Assembly (NCBI GenBank): GCA_001661245.1
Contig: KV454018.1
Coordinates: forward strand, 743,996-807,995
Length of the DNA: 64,000 bases
Direction of reading: 5' to 3'
From: Pachysolen tannophilus NRRL Y-2460
Lineage: Eukaryota
The notes beneath the pieces are model-generated. The model saw only the letters and a program-made list of their open reading frames with translations, was not told where the DNA came from and made no database searches. The translations under genes were made by a program, and so were the position numbers. This document shows, piece after piece, positions 33,504 through 45,210 of the stretch (position 1 is the stretch's first letter; each line of letters begins with the position of its first letter).

Positions 33504-34259
33504 AAAGAAACTAAATAAATTTATTATTAGTTCATGCTTAGTTTTCTTTTTCCCAATCCATTCCCGCCGCCGAGTTGTAAATTACTAAGTGAGTGAGTGA
33601 CTGATTGAGTTACTTAGTTACTGAGTGACTGACCCATAATATTCTTAGACTTGCTCTTAATTTGGAAAACTTGAAATGTATTACCGAGAAAATGTGTCAT
33701 GTCATAACATGATATTGCTTCTATTTTCTATCAATTTTTACCTTTATATTACTTTATAATAAACGCAGTAGCAAAAAAAAAGCCAATCAGAGTAGTGTAT
33801 TTTCCTCGCAAACAAGAAAGAAAGTATTGGAAAAATTACGTTTAAAGGTAAAAAGAAAACCTGTTGATAGAGGAAAAATCGTGACTAATACAATAAAAAC
33901 ATCTTATGTTCGAGGGAAATATGAGGGAACTATGAAGGAACTACGAGGAAATTACTCGAAGCAAAATAAATAAATAAATAAATAAATATAAATAAATATA
34001 AATATATATATATATATATATAAATATAATTTCAATATAATTTGAATATATATGACCCTTTTAATATCTAGAGTATTATTGATTCGGTCGGTTACTGTTT
34101 AATTCCGCAATTAGTTTAAACACGCGTTAATTTTTAGTTTTAGTTTTTCTTCGAAGCACAGTGTGTGTGTGTGAAAATTGAAAAATTGGAAAATAAAAAT
34201 ACACCACAAATCTCTATATATTTTTATTTTCTTTTAAAAAATATATATTTCTATATATC

Positions 34260-34294
<35 letters not shown>

Positions 34295-34583
34295 GTATAT
34301 ATATTGCTATTCTAGATTATATCTTTAATATTCATATTCAGGTAAAGGAAATTAACTGGTTGAGTTTCTTTCTTTCTTTTTTGTTTTTTTTTTTTTTGTT
34401 GGTATCTTTTTAGGTTTATCGCCCATTAATTTTATCAGCGGCACGGCACCTGCCTAAATTTAATAGTATTCGAAACTTTGTTTCGACACATATTCCAATT
34501 ACAATAATAAATTAAATTTTATCATTTCATTCATTTTCATTTTTATAACGCGCTGAAATCGATCAATATTATATATATATACA

Positions 34584-36296
34584 ATGTCAACTCAGGTTTC
34601 AGCTACCGCGGGTTCATCAACAACAACAACTACAACTGCAACAACAACAACAGCCAGTCCGACTACCGCCGCCACCTCCTCGGGCGCTGCTACTGCAGTA
34701 GGTGAGAGCGCCGGAGCGGGCGCGGGTGTAGGAGTAGGAGCGGCCGTAGGAACGGGCCTGGGCGTCGGAGCGGGCACTGCGAATATTGGTGTTGGAGTGG
34801 GCTCGGGAGTGGGCTCGGGAGTGGGAGTGGGCGTGGGCGGTACAGATAACAGAGCGGGATCTTTTACTTATCCGGAAATTCCAAGGACTTCTTTCACTTC
34901 AGAGCTAAATATTTTTAATAATGCAAATCTTTCTAAAGCAAGTGGACTTGGTAAGAAGAAATCAAGTACTGCCTCAAGAAAGAAAAAATTAGTTTCACCT
35001 TCTGGAAAATTTGAAATATCGCCTTTGTCGGACGAAAATGAAATGGCTATAATTGATGATGATGAAGAAGAAGAAGAAGAAGAAGATCAAGATCAAGAAG
35101 ATTACAAACATTCTCATAGTTTATCCAAAGCTCATCATCATGATCATCTTAATGACATCCATCAACATAATACAGTGTTATCGACTCAGTCCCCAGAAGG
35201 GATTGCTGCTGCTTCTCAAATTACTCCTAATAGGTTAGCGAATATATTGTTGAACAATGGTCCGTTACCAATTAGGCATATTACAAAACATTTATCATCA
35301 CAAATTCCAGATTTTGCCTTACTTTCGTTATCAAAGCAAAGGCGGTTAATAATGTCTGCTTTAGAAATGGGAGATGAAGAGACTGGATGTGTTTTTGAAA
35401 AAGTTGGATGGGGTCAATGGTCTGCAAAGAAAGCAGATAAGGCAGATATAGATTTTAGAAATAAAAGAGCAAGATCAAAATCAACAGGACCAGAAGAAAC
35501 AAGTGTATCACCTTCAAATAGAACAACATCATTTATGAAAAATGCTGCTAGAAGAGTTTCAATTACAAACCCTTTAACTGATCCACATAACGTTAAAGTC
35601 CCATTCAATCCTAGTTTTAATTCATCACATATCCCAAGATCTTTACATCAAGCTATTGCCTCATCATCATCTTCTGAGGATGAAAAAGACCTGGACGGTC
35701 ATGAAGAAGAAAATGATCTTGAAGATGACGATGATGACGATTTAGAAGATGATGACGAAGTTTTCAAATTTGAGAATGATGATTCAACGCAAATGCCAAA
35801 ATTTTCTTCAAGAGTCGTTATTCCACCACCTTCGGGTCTATCAGGACGTTCTGTAACCCCTCGTCGTGGAAGCATGAACAACAGTAATAATGGTAATAAT
35901 AATAACAGCAATAACAATAGTAATAATAGTAATAGTAATAATAATGGCAACAATAACAATTATAATGGAGGTATAAGAAAACCAAGACAACAAAGATCAA
36001 GATTGAACTCATTAGATTACATAGAAGCAACTTTAGATGGTAACAGTATTCAAGGAGGTTTAGATGCTTCCGTATTACCAGACAATTTAGTTATTAGAAG
36101 AAAACCAAGATCTTCATTTTCAGAATCTTACTTGAGGTCAACTCCAACTCCTTCGTTAAGAGTTTCTTCAAACGAAAATGTCTCATCAATGAAATTTGAA
36201 GATAATGATAATGACACTGATGAAGAAAATTGGAAGTCAATAGGCGCTGCAAAATTATCAGCTGCCTACACATTAATGGATTTGAGATCTATTTAA
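34584..36296 (+). CDS. STB3: RRPE-binding Sin3-associated factor Stb3
   Basis: ITPNRLANILLNNGPLPIRHITKHL, LSLSKQRRLIMSALE, FEKVGWGQW; C-terminal DTDEENWKSIGA and AAYTLMDL. Confidence 0.88.
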   Translation: MSTQVSATAGSSTTTTTTATTTTASPTTAATSSGAATAVGESAGAGAGVGVGAAVGTGLGVGAGTANIGVGVGSGVGSGVGVGVGGTDNRAGSFTYPEIPRTSFTSELNIFNNANLSKASGLGKKKSSTASRKKKLVSPSGKFEISPLSDENEMAIIDDDEEEEEEEDQDQEDYKHSHSLSKAHHHDHLNDIHQHNTVLSTQSPEGIAAASQITPNRLANILLNNGPLPIRHITKHLSSQIPDFALLSLSKQRRLIMSALEMGDEETGCVFEKVGWGQWSAKKADKADIDFRNKRARSKSTGPEETSVSPSNRTTSFMKNAARRVSITNPLTDPHNVKVPFNPSFNSSHIPRSLHQAIASSSSSEDEKDLDGHEEENDLEDDDDDDLEDDDEVFKFENDDSTQMPKFSSRVVIPPPSGLSGRSVTPRRGSMNNSNNGNNNNSNNNSNNSNSNNNGNNNNYNGGIRKPRQQRSRLNSLDYIEATLDGNSIQGGLDASVLPDNLVIRRKPRSSFSESYLRSTPTPSLRVSSNENVSSMKFEDNDNDTDEENWKSIGAAKLSAAYTLMDLRSI

Positions 36297-36951
36297 ATGT
36301 TTTTTTTTTTCTCTTGACTTTTTTTTCCTAATTTTTGCTTAATATTTTTTCTATCTTTTATTATTATTTATAGCTGCTCTTTTTCTTTTTCTTTTTTTTT
36401 TCATTTTATTTTTTTAATTATATTAATTTTGGGGAAGGTTTTTTATAATTTATTGATTTGGGATTAATTTTTATTTTATTTTATTTTATTTTTTCTCTTT
36501 GGATTATCTTATCCATTCAGTTAATTGTTTTATTAGTATATATTATTTTTAAGTAGATTTTTTTATAAACTAGTTTATCCAAATCATAATTTTAATTTTA
36601 TTTCAATTTTAATGTAATAGAAAATAACTTTATAAAGAGTTAAAAAGATTATTTTTGTAAAATACGATTAAAAGATTATTGAAATTTACATACAAGTTTA
36701 TATTTTATTTTCTTGCTTTCCATTAAAGACAAAGAAAGACAAGATAGACAAAAATACAAAAAACTTAAAAAACAGCATGATTAAATAAAATTTAAGAACT
36801 AACAAGAGGTTGAATAAAAGAATAAAAAAAAAAAAGTAATAAAAAAAAATTAACAATGGCCGTAAAATCTTTGAAAGTAAAGTAAAACTTGTCTTTTTTT
36901 TCTTTTTTTTATTTATTTCATTACTATAATTATTCTTTTCCAAATCTTTAT

Positions 36952-36983
<32 letters not shown>

Positions 36984-37166
36984 GAGGACAAAGATATCTC
37001 CAGATATACGTAAAAATATGCCTTTTAAAAATTTTTTATTCTTGCTTGAATGGAGAGGATATGTTAAACAAATAGACAACGACAACATAGTGATATTATT
37101 TTTTTTTTTTAGTTATCGTTTTATTTTTTTAAATTTTTTTTTCCAAAAATTTTGTTTTTTTTTCAA

Positions 37167-38066
37167 TTATGACAAGGTTGGGAAATTAGCATCATCGATA
37201 ACAACAGGTTTTGATGGTCTTGATGCACCTCTTGGAGCACCTCTTGGAGCCCCTCTACCTCTTGGAGCACCTCTTGAGCTACCACCTCTACCTCTTGAGC
37301 TTGAACCTCTACCACCTCTTGAAGGTCTTGGAGCTGGACGTTCAACTTCATCAGCAAATACTGCATCAAATTCAAGGATATTTTTTTCCTTTTTATTTTT
37401 TGATTTCAATTTCTTACCTGCAGTACCTTCAACAAAAACTTCTGTTGGTTTAACAAAAGCTTCTGCTTCTTCCCATTTATCCTGATCACCAGCATTTGGG
37501 GCTCTAATTTGCTTTGACGCAAGAGAATCTTGTTTTAATTTCATCTCAGCAAAATAATCTTCAAAAGATTTAGCAGCAGGTTTCAGTGGTTCTTCCAGTT
37601 CATCTTCAGCAGCCAACTCTTGTTCAACATCTTCTTCTGCAGCTTTTTCAGCATCAAATTCTTTATTATCATCACCCCAACCTTGTTTAACTTTCTTTTC
37701 AGTATCATGTTTTAAAGTCTTTGGACGACGATCAGTCTTTGGCTTTGAAGAATGTGGTTTAGGCAGAGGTGGTTCTTTACCCAGATTATCATTCTTGGAT
37801 CTTAAAGCAGCCTCATTACCTGTTGGTTTTGGACGATTCTTGTTAGCACGAGCCTTATTAGCTGAAGGTGGAGGAACATCCGATTTCTTTGAAGATGTAG
37901 TCTTCTTAACAACTTCCTTTGGTGTTGAAAGTACAATGGTATCATCTTCAACATCATTACCCAAGAGGGCAAAAAGATTCTAAAAAATATAAATAGTTAG
38001 TATCATAAAATTTCTTTCCATTTTTTTTTTTTTTCAATATTAACTACTTACCTTATTGTTCGACAT
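37167..38066 (-). CDS. STM1: Ribosome/G4-binding protein Stm1 (two exons: 38066-38052 and 37979-37167)
   Basis: Spliced N-terminus MSNNK/NLFALLGNDVED; KVKQGWGDD, RGG-rich tail, DDANFPTLS. Confidence 0.92.
37980..38051 (-). other. Spliceosomal intron of STM1 (72 nt, phase 0)
   Basis: GTAAGT donor at 38051, TACTAAC branch (+ strand gttagta 37996-38002), TAG acceptor ending at 37980. Confidence 0.93.
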
Positions 38067-38375
38067 TTTTCCTTTTTCTAATTCACTTCTTTTGAAAAGA
38101 AAATGTGAAGCAAGTCAACTATTTAACTCAATCAATTAACAATTAATAAAATTGAAACTAAAATTCTTTTCAAGAGAGAAAAAAAAACAAAAAAAAAAAA
38201 AAATTTTTTTTTAATATATATAATTTTAACTTGTATTTAAATTAATAAAAATTCACCACTTTTTTTTCTCTATTTTACACCTTTGAATTGAAATCTTTTA
38301 GTGTTTTTTCACCTTTTTTTGAGAGCAAAAAAATATTTTTTTTTTTCGTCGTCGTCGTCGTCGAGAAAAAAAAAA

Positions 38376-38386
38376 TGAAAAATTTT
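38376..38386. promoter_or_regulatory. RRPE element upstream of STM1
   Basis: TGAAAAATTTT; a CACGTG E-box lies nearby at 38408-38413. Confidence 0.55.
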
Positions 38387-39133
38387 AGTGAAAATTTGAA
38401 CAAAATGCACGTGTAAACATGAGTACGGATGCTACCGCAAACATCAGCAGCAAATGAGTAGTGTGAGAGCCGGTAGTTTTCCCGGTGGTTAGGCTAGGAA
38501 AAAGTGGTGGTTGCTAAATTCCTTCGCGAAGCTTCGTTGAGAAGCTTTATGGCGAGAAGTTCTAAAAGGCTACAGGTGTAATTTCCAGCACGAGCATACT
38601 TTACCATGGATTAAAAATATATAGATATAGATATAGATATAGATATAGATATGTATAGTTGTAAAAGAGAAATTATTTCAACATTGTAATAATGCTTGCT
38701 TATTTTTGTTCAGTTACTCATTGCTAGTCGGGTACTTTATCCAAAAATTGTTTGGTACTGCTGATCACATGAATCTCAATCTTATGCTCATGCTCATCGC
38801 TTGGTATAAAAGAATTTAGTGTGCACACGACTACTTGTTATTTCAATTAATTTGTAAGGCAGAAAAGAATAATGCGTGCGCATATACGTACGCATATACT
38901 TGTACGCGTATAATCAATATGCGCACACAAGTATACATGCACATATATGTATTTTAAGCATATAGATAAATAGATAGATAGATAGATCTATATTTAATAC
39001 TACACTTTAATGCAATTCATTTTCTTTTTCTTTTTCTTAATTCAAAATGACATTATAATAAAACAAATAAAATCAGTAAAGAGAATGAAATAGTTCATCT
39101 AATTGATTTTTCTTTTTTTTTTAAAAATAAAGG

Positions 39134-39176
<43 letters not shown>

Positions 39177-39303
39177 AAAAACGCAGCATATAATATTAAA
39201 AATAAAATAAAATAAAAATAAATCAATCAATCAGTTTAGCTTTTTTTTTTTTCTTTTCTTTTCTTTCTTTCTTTTTTTTTTTTTTATTTTTTTTTTGGGT
39301 TTA

Positions 39304-42300
39304 TTAATTTGTACTCTTACCATCGTTAATATACACTGTGCCAACTCTTGTAAAAAATAATTTCATTGCTGAACGTAATTCTACAGGAGCACTTTTATCA
39401 AAAATCAGTAAGACTAAATCATACATTGTTGGACAATTTTTAATAAAATCTTGTTCATCCAATTCGATATAACCTTGTAAAATTTCAACAACTACAGGTC
39501 TCCATGTAGTTATATTTCTTTGTTGTTGAACTTCATCCAATACAACAAAACGCTCAATTATAGTGACACACATTGGTATGAGTATTGATGAAATATGTTC
39601 TTTTTCTTCTGCAGAAACTTTATCAGGATCACAATATAATCTAAACATTATACTGATATAAACAGCAGAAGAAGAAGATTCTTGTTTTAACAAATTAGGT
39701 AATCTTTCAATAATACCAGCATTCCATAACCTAACTCTTAAATTATAATCATCATTAAATTCACGAGAAAATTTATAACTTTTTTCCAAAAGATTAGCTA
39801 AACTTATAAGATTCTTAAATGGAATAACTTCATAAAAATGATCATCTTCAAATAATTCAGATAATGTTTCAATCATTAATAATTGTAATACAGATTTAAT
39901 AACAATAGCAGATTTTTCTTTGGATTTTTGAAGACGTTGCTCTTCCTTTAATGATTTGATATTGACTGTAGAAGATGATCCATTGGTATTAGAAACAATG
40001 TTGAAACTTACATCAAGACTACTTTCACCATTTATACTATCTTCTAATTGATTTGAGCTTCTAGTCCCACTACCACTACCACCACCATTATTGTTACCAT
40101 TATTATTATTCTTATTATTACTATTACTATCATTCTTATTGTTGACTGAGCTTACAGTAGCATCATGGTTTAAAGGATCGGCTTTAAACAATTCCTTTGC
40201 AGTTGTCAAATCAAATAATTGTGCAAAAGCATCAGAAATCTTGTCCCAATGATGTTGATCAAATTTACTCAAATTTTGTGTAATCAATTGTTGAAGACAA
40301 GATCTTCCAATCCTGGCAATTGTATCGTTCTCTTGACATATACAAGAAACTAATAAATTCAAATAACCATCCAACATATTATTTAAAGTATCAAAGTAAT
40401 GAGTAAATAATGCAATCATATTTCTCAAAGCTTGGATCAACGTAGTAGAAAGCCAAACAGACATATCATCATTACTGTTGAATTGATTAATTTCCCATCT
40501 TCTACTCAATACACCAAAAATAGGAAATAATAATTGATTACAAACTTTAAACCAAAAATCTGGCTCAAAATGACCACCATATTGAACTAATGAATCAAAC
40601 ATAAAATTTAAAGCCTCAGATCTAACTTCTAAATCTTCACCAGTCATGATAACATCATGATATCCAAATAAAATTGGAAACCATAACTTCACCAATAAGT
40701 CTTTATCATCACCATTATCTAACATTACTTGCCTTTCTTCATCTGTTCCAAAACTCAATTTGGAAACTTTTTGAATCAATTTCTTTAATGTAGATAAAGC
40801 AAAAAGGCTGGATTTTTGAAATTTTTGATTCTTGGCCAATTCTGTAAAACAAGTAACTAATTCCACAAAAGCTCCTTGAGAATATACTTTTATAAAATGT
40901 TCTTTATTAATCTTGCTTGCAATGTTAGTTACTTTCGCAACAATTGTTTCATTAGAATCCTTTGCTGCAACATTAAATGCACCAAACATAGTAGTCCAAC
41001 CGGATCTAATCTTATCAGCTTTGACTTGGATCATATAACCTAATGATTCTAAAACTCTCTCTTTAACATCTGTAGCAATATTATTAGTGATGATATATTC
41101 AAATGGTTTTAAAAATTCTTTTTGGAATTTAAAATGAGATAATTCTTCAATTTCAAAAAATCTCATTGATAACTGTCTCAAAGAATCTAAAGCAAAAAAG
41201 ACAATAACTTTGTTACTATGACACCCAAATTGATTAAAAGTTTCACCCATAACTGACCATAAAGCAGACCATTGCACTCTAATACGGTCCATGTTATAAT
41301 AACAAACATCAACCATTTTTTGTAAGGCAAACATTCTTGGACTTTCACTTTGTCCTGAAGAATCAATTTCTTCACAAGAAACTTCTGATAAGGCTTTTAC
41401 AAAATCAATAATGGCATCACCGGCAAGATTACTACTTGCAGTGAAAACTTTATCAACTGCAACTTCTAAATCTGTTGAAGTGATCATCGGTAAAACTTCT
41501 GGATTCAATTGTTGATTTTGGAAATGTTCAAACGCTAACTGTGAAGGAGTTTGCTTCTTGGATGATAATGACGTGGCTATAGATATAAAAAAATTCCCTG
41601 AATGTGTAGTGGAATGTGTTTTAGAACTATCCATTGAACTTCTATTGGCCAATCTTGCTATGGCAACATCTGGAATAGCTCCAGAATCGACACCTTGAGC
41701 CAATAATTGTAATCTCTCTATTTGTGATATAGAAAGTATTATTTCTTTCCATGCTTCTTTCAATGTATTTCCTTCCAATATTGCAATTTCTAATAAAGTA
41801 TAGATAGCTGTAATATTTTTTGGCTTCATTTCCTCTAAATTGTTTAAATTTGCAAACTGAACTAATGCACCAATAAATGAAGTTCTAGCATAATCTAAAT
41901 CAAACATACATGCTATATGAATCGATAATTTAATACCTTGAAGACATATTTTATTTGTATCTTCATCTTCGTATTCTTTAAATGGAGGTGTTAATCCTGC
42001 CAATATTGACATCCATAATGTATCAAAAATAGATTTAACATGTTCAGAATGAGGAGATGCAGAGTAAAATACAACTTTACTTGACTCACCGGATCTTGAC
42101 AATTTACCTAAGGTTTTCACCAATTGTTCAGTTTTGATGGACATTTCTCTTGATGCATGCATATAAGCTTCCCTACTTACATCCTTTGAACCAAAGAATC
42201 CTGTAGATTGGGAAACTGCTCCTTCTCCAGCAATCAAAGCAGCATGTTGCTCACTCTGTAATTTAATTTCATTTTTCCTAATTTCGTCATAGGTTTTAAC

Positions 42301-45210
42301 TAAAAAGTCTCTAGGTAAATCTTGACCATCATCAATACCGCTGTTGTTTTTAATAAAGTCATCGACTGTCATTCGGTTTTTCACCTGAGGTGAATGTTGA
42401 TCAGTATTCAACATAACCACAGAATATGCCAAGACATAAGCAGTATCTGCATTTGCAAAAGAATCTGGATTTCCATCAACATATCTTTCTGCGAATTTTA
42501 ACATAAATCTATCAATTTTCTGGGCTTCTCCAGGTAATCTAAAGCTCTGTAGAAAAATTCTCATTGCATCAACAAATGGCATATTGTTAAATTCCATCTG
42601 ATCAATAAATGCATGCATAATTGCAATATTTTTTTCATCTCCTTCACCGAGATATTCACCAATAACTGCCTTATCCAAACCAATTTCACTATTTAATAAA
42701 AACCTGGCAATATCTTTTGGCGAGTCACTCAGAATAAAACCGTCTTTAATCAATTTTGCAACTCCTCTTTTCGGTGAATAATTAAACTGACGAACACCTT
42801 CCAATAAAGCTGTCTTACGCTGTTTCGAGGTTTCAAAAAGTGCTGGATCATCAACTTCTGTAGTGCTTTGACTATTAGAAATGTCATGGTAAGAAGAAGA
42901 AGAACTAAATGAAGGTGAATCCGGAACCAGAGGTGATGTGATAGCGGATCCATTGGTATCTGACCTACTTCTCAGAGGAACAGATAAAGAACTTGAAGAT
43001 TGATTTGCTAACGGTGCTGCTGTACTCTGCGACTTCTCAGTCCACGATGATAAAGATTTTAAAAATGCAACAAGGCAATCAATCGATGTCATTTTCAAGG
43101 CATATTCAATTGGAAAATTCAATGCACTATCAGGATTCGGTACATGTGATCCAAGTTTGCTAATGGATAATAATGGCAAACTTGATAAGCTGTAAGTTGC
43201 TAAAGGTTTGGTTAAATTTTCACGATAATGAACTTTTTGGGTAGCAGTAACTTCAACCCTTGTTAAAGATAATTTAGTCAAGTAGTCAATCAATGATTCA
43301 GAAATATTTGGCATGGAAGAATCACAATCGTAATTCAAATAAAATTCAATGACAGCTTTTGGATCATTACAAAGCTTCTGGATAATTGATAATAAATATC
43401 TCTTTTGATGAGATGTTGAAGTTTTCATTTCAGAAACAGGGAAATATATTTCTACAAGGAAAACAGGAATTTCCCTTTTGAATTCTGATCTTAAATTTGA
43501 AATCATTATCCAAAAGATTTCTAAAGATATTTCATAAACTGGAGCCAAAGACGAAGCAGCATTTCTTGAAAGTGTTAAACATAAATACTGTCTTACAGCA
43601 TCAATCAATCTTGTTTCTTCACTAGTAGTAGTACTTGTAATAACAACATCCTTTCTAACAAAGCAAACCAAATGCTCTTTCAAAATGTTATAAATTATAT
43701 GCAATGACAATAATTTCGATCTGATAGGATGTGATCTCAAATCTAATGATTCATTTTCCAAAGGTTTGATGGACAATTTACACATTGCCCTAAATATCAA
43801 GAATGCATCTTTAACAACAACCACTTCTTCTTCACCCAAACCTTGATTTGCTTCTTCAACTCTTTCTTCATCATCAGCATTTTCAAAATTATCCAAAGTC
43901 AAAGGTCCCGCCACAGTAGTATTTGTGTTTGTCATATTTTGTGAATCTAAATGTTGAGGAGAAGTATTACTTCTTGAGACAATGGATTGTTTTTTCATAT
44001 GTTCATCTAAAGGTTTTTTATTTATTCTTTCAAAAACTTCATTAACAATTTGAGTCAAAGAAGCTTGTGCAATTCCTTGGTTGACGGAGGACAATGATAA
44101 AATGAAAATATTATAAATTTGTCTTACAGCTCTTAATAATGTTCCACCATGAGCTGGAATTGCTTCATTTAATACACCAGCCATTAATCCTCTAATAACT
44201 TGTAATTCTATTCTTTCTTCGGTACCTTCACCTTCAAAACAGTCTGCAATAGTTTCAATGGCACCATCGATTAAACTTGAAGAAGGCACTGGGTCTGCAA
44301 TGTTATCGGTTAAATTACAGAGTTTGACTTCTGCAAGTTCATCAAATATATTGAATGTAAATGCTTTACTAAAACATTCCAAAGCTTCAAGTTTAATTTC
44401 TACTGTACGTGCTTGACAAGCTAATCTCAATGGTTCAAAGATGAAATTTGGTTCTGGCATTTCACCAGCAGCCAATTTTTCAATGGCTTTGTTACAAGCT
44501 TGGGATAATCTTGGTAATTTCTTGGCTTCTTTATATTTCAAAATCGATTCAAATGCAACTTTTAAGAAACCAGCAGATGCATGGCCATTAACAGACAAGG
44601 GTGGCTGTGACAAGGTGGAATTCGATGCTCTAGGTTGTAGTGATTGTGATTGTGATTCCCGAGGCGGTTGATCCTGCTGAGAAGTACTTGGAGCTGAAGC
44701 AGACGCAGAAGCAGAAGCAGAAGCAGACACGGACGCAGACAGGGACTGTTCTTTTTGCAGGTCATCAAGTGGCCCCACGCTCTCAGCACCGTCATTGGTA
44801 ACTTTTGGTTGATTATCCACATTTTCTTCTTCATCTTTAGCGCTATCTTCACCGGATGGAGTTTCCTGCTCCTTCCCATTTGAAATGGCTTCCTCTTCAT
44901 GTTTCCCACCATTGAGTTTTCCTGTATCATTTTTTGATGTTTCTGCTTCTCCGTTCAGCAACGACAAACTTGTATTTGAATCTATTTCTTTACCAACTTG
45001 GACTTCTTCCAGGGCTTCTGGCTGGGCTTCTGGCTGGCCGCCAGCCAGTGCGGTCCCATCTTCTGCCCCATCTTCCGCCGCTGCCTTTCTTTCTTCAACC
45101 GACTTCTTAACATCAACATCAGTTACAATAGATCCATTCTCGCGTAAATCTTCCTTGGGGAACTCATTAGAGGCCCCTTTACTCTCTGATTGATTCACTA
45201 CTTCACCCAT
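39304..45210 (-). CDS. SEC7: Arf GEF Sec7
   Basis: DCB/HUS regions (YLNYDCD), Sec7 domain FRLPGEAQKIDRFMLKFAERY and AYSVVMLNTDQH, HDS domains, LPNLLKQES. Confidence 0.97.
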   Translation of the reverse strand: MGEVVNQSESKGASNEFPKEDLRENGSIVTDVDVKKSVEERKAAAEDGAEDGTALAGGQPEAQPEALEEVQVGKEIDSNTSLSLLNGEAETSKNDTGKLNGGKHEEEAISNGKEQETPSGEDSAKDEEENVDNQPKVTNDGAESVGPLDDLQKEQSLSASVSASASASASASAPSTSQQDQPPRESQSQSLQPRASNSTLSQPPLSVNGHASAGFLKVAFESILKYKEAKKLPRLSQACNKAIEKLAAGEMPEPNFIFEPLRLACQARTVEIKLEALECFSKAFTFNIFDELAEVKLCNLTDNIADPVPSSSLIDGAIETIADCFEGEGTEERIELQVIRGLMAGVLNEAIPAHGGTLLRAVRQIYNIFILSLSSVNQGIAQASLTQIVNEVFERINKKPLDEHMKKQSIVSRSNTSPQHLDSQNMTNTNTTVAGPLTLDNFENADDEERVEEANQGLGEEEVVVVKDAFLIFRAMCKLSIKPLENESLDLRSHPIRSKLLSLHIIYNILKEHLVCFVRKDVVITSTTTSEETRLIDAVRQYLCLTLSRNAASSLAPVYEISLEIFWIMISNLRSEFKREIPVFLVEIYFPVSEMKTSTSHQKRYLLSIIQKLCNDPKAVIEFYLNYDCDSSMPNISESLIDYLTKLSLTRVEVTATQKVHYRENLTKPLATYSLSSLPLLSISKLGSHVPNPDSALNFPIEYALKMTSIDCLVAFLKSLSSWTEKSQSTAAPLANQSSSSLSVPLRSRSDTNGSAITSPLVPDSPSFSSSSSYHDISNSQSTTEVDDPALFETSKQRKTALLEGVRQFNYSPKRGVAKLIKDGFILSDSPKDIARFLLNSEIGLDKAVIGEYLGEGDEKNIAIMHAFIDQMEFNNMPFVDAMRIFLQSFRLPGEAQKIDRFMLKFAERYVDGNPDSFANADTAYVLAYSVVMLNTDQHSPQVKNRMTVDDFIKNNSGIDDGQDLPRDFLVKTYDEIRKNEIKLQSEQHAALIAGEGAVSQSTGFFGSKDVSREAYMHASREMSIKTEQLVKTLGKLSRSGESSKVVFYSASPHSEHVKSIFDTLWMSILAGLTPPFKEYEDEDTNKICLQGIKLSIHIACMFDLDYARTSFIGALVQFANLNNLEEMKPKNITAIYTLLEIAILEGNTLKEAWKEIILSISQIERLQLLAQGVDSGAIPDVAIARLANRSSMDSSKTHSTTHSGNFFISIATSLSSKKQTPSQLAFEHFQNQQLNPEVLPMITSTDLEVAVDKVFTASSNLAGDAIIDFVKALSEVSCEEIDSSGQSESPRMFALQKMVDVCYYNMDRIRVQWSALWSVMGETFNQFGCHSNKVIVFFALDSLRQLSMRFFEIEELSHFKFQKEFLKPFEYIITNNIATDVKERVLESLGYMIQVKADKIRSGWTTMFGAFNVAAKDSNETIVAKVTNIASKINKEHFIKVYSQGAFVELVTCFTELAKNQKFQKSSLFALSTLKKLIQKVSKLSFGTDEERQVMLDNGDDKDLLVKLWFPILFGYHDVIMTGEDLEVRSEALNFMFDSLVQYGGHFEPDFWFKVCNQLLFPIFGVLSRRWEINQFNSNDDMSVWLSTTLIQALRNMIALFTHYFDTLNNMLDGYLNLLVSCICQENDTIARIGRSCLQQLITQNLSKFDQHHWDKISDAFAQLFDLTTAKELFKADPLNHDATVSSVNNKNDSNSNNKNNNNGNNNGGGSGSGTRSSNQLEDSINGESSLDVSFNIVSNTNGSSSTVNIKSLKEEQRLQKSKEKSAIVIKSVLQLLMIETLSELFEDDHFYEVIPFKNLISLANLLEKSYKFSREFNDDYNLRVRLWNAGIIERLPNLLKQESSSSAVYISIMFRLYCDPDKVSAEEKEHISSILIPMCVTIIERFVVLDEVQQQRNITTWRPVVVEILQGYIELDEQDFIKNCPTMYDLVLLIFDKSAPVELRSAMKLFFTRVGTVYINDGKSTN

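Noticed and set aside
33358..33588. 76-aa ORF with QVRSG/QDKTR repeats
   Set aside because: Translation of the pentamer microsatellite; no coding evidence
34342..34413. Possible 5'-UTR intron of STB3 (GTAAAG...ATTAAC...polyT...TAG)
   Set aside because: Weak donor and a branch-like site too close to it; unsupported without RNA data
36889..37485. 198-aa plus-strand ORF antisense to STM1
   Set aside because: No ATG at its start, Phe/Tyr/Ile runs from microsatellites, and a mirror of the STM1 RGG repeat
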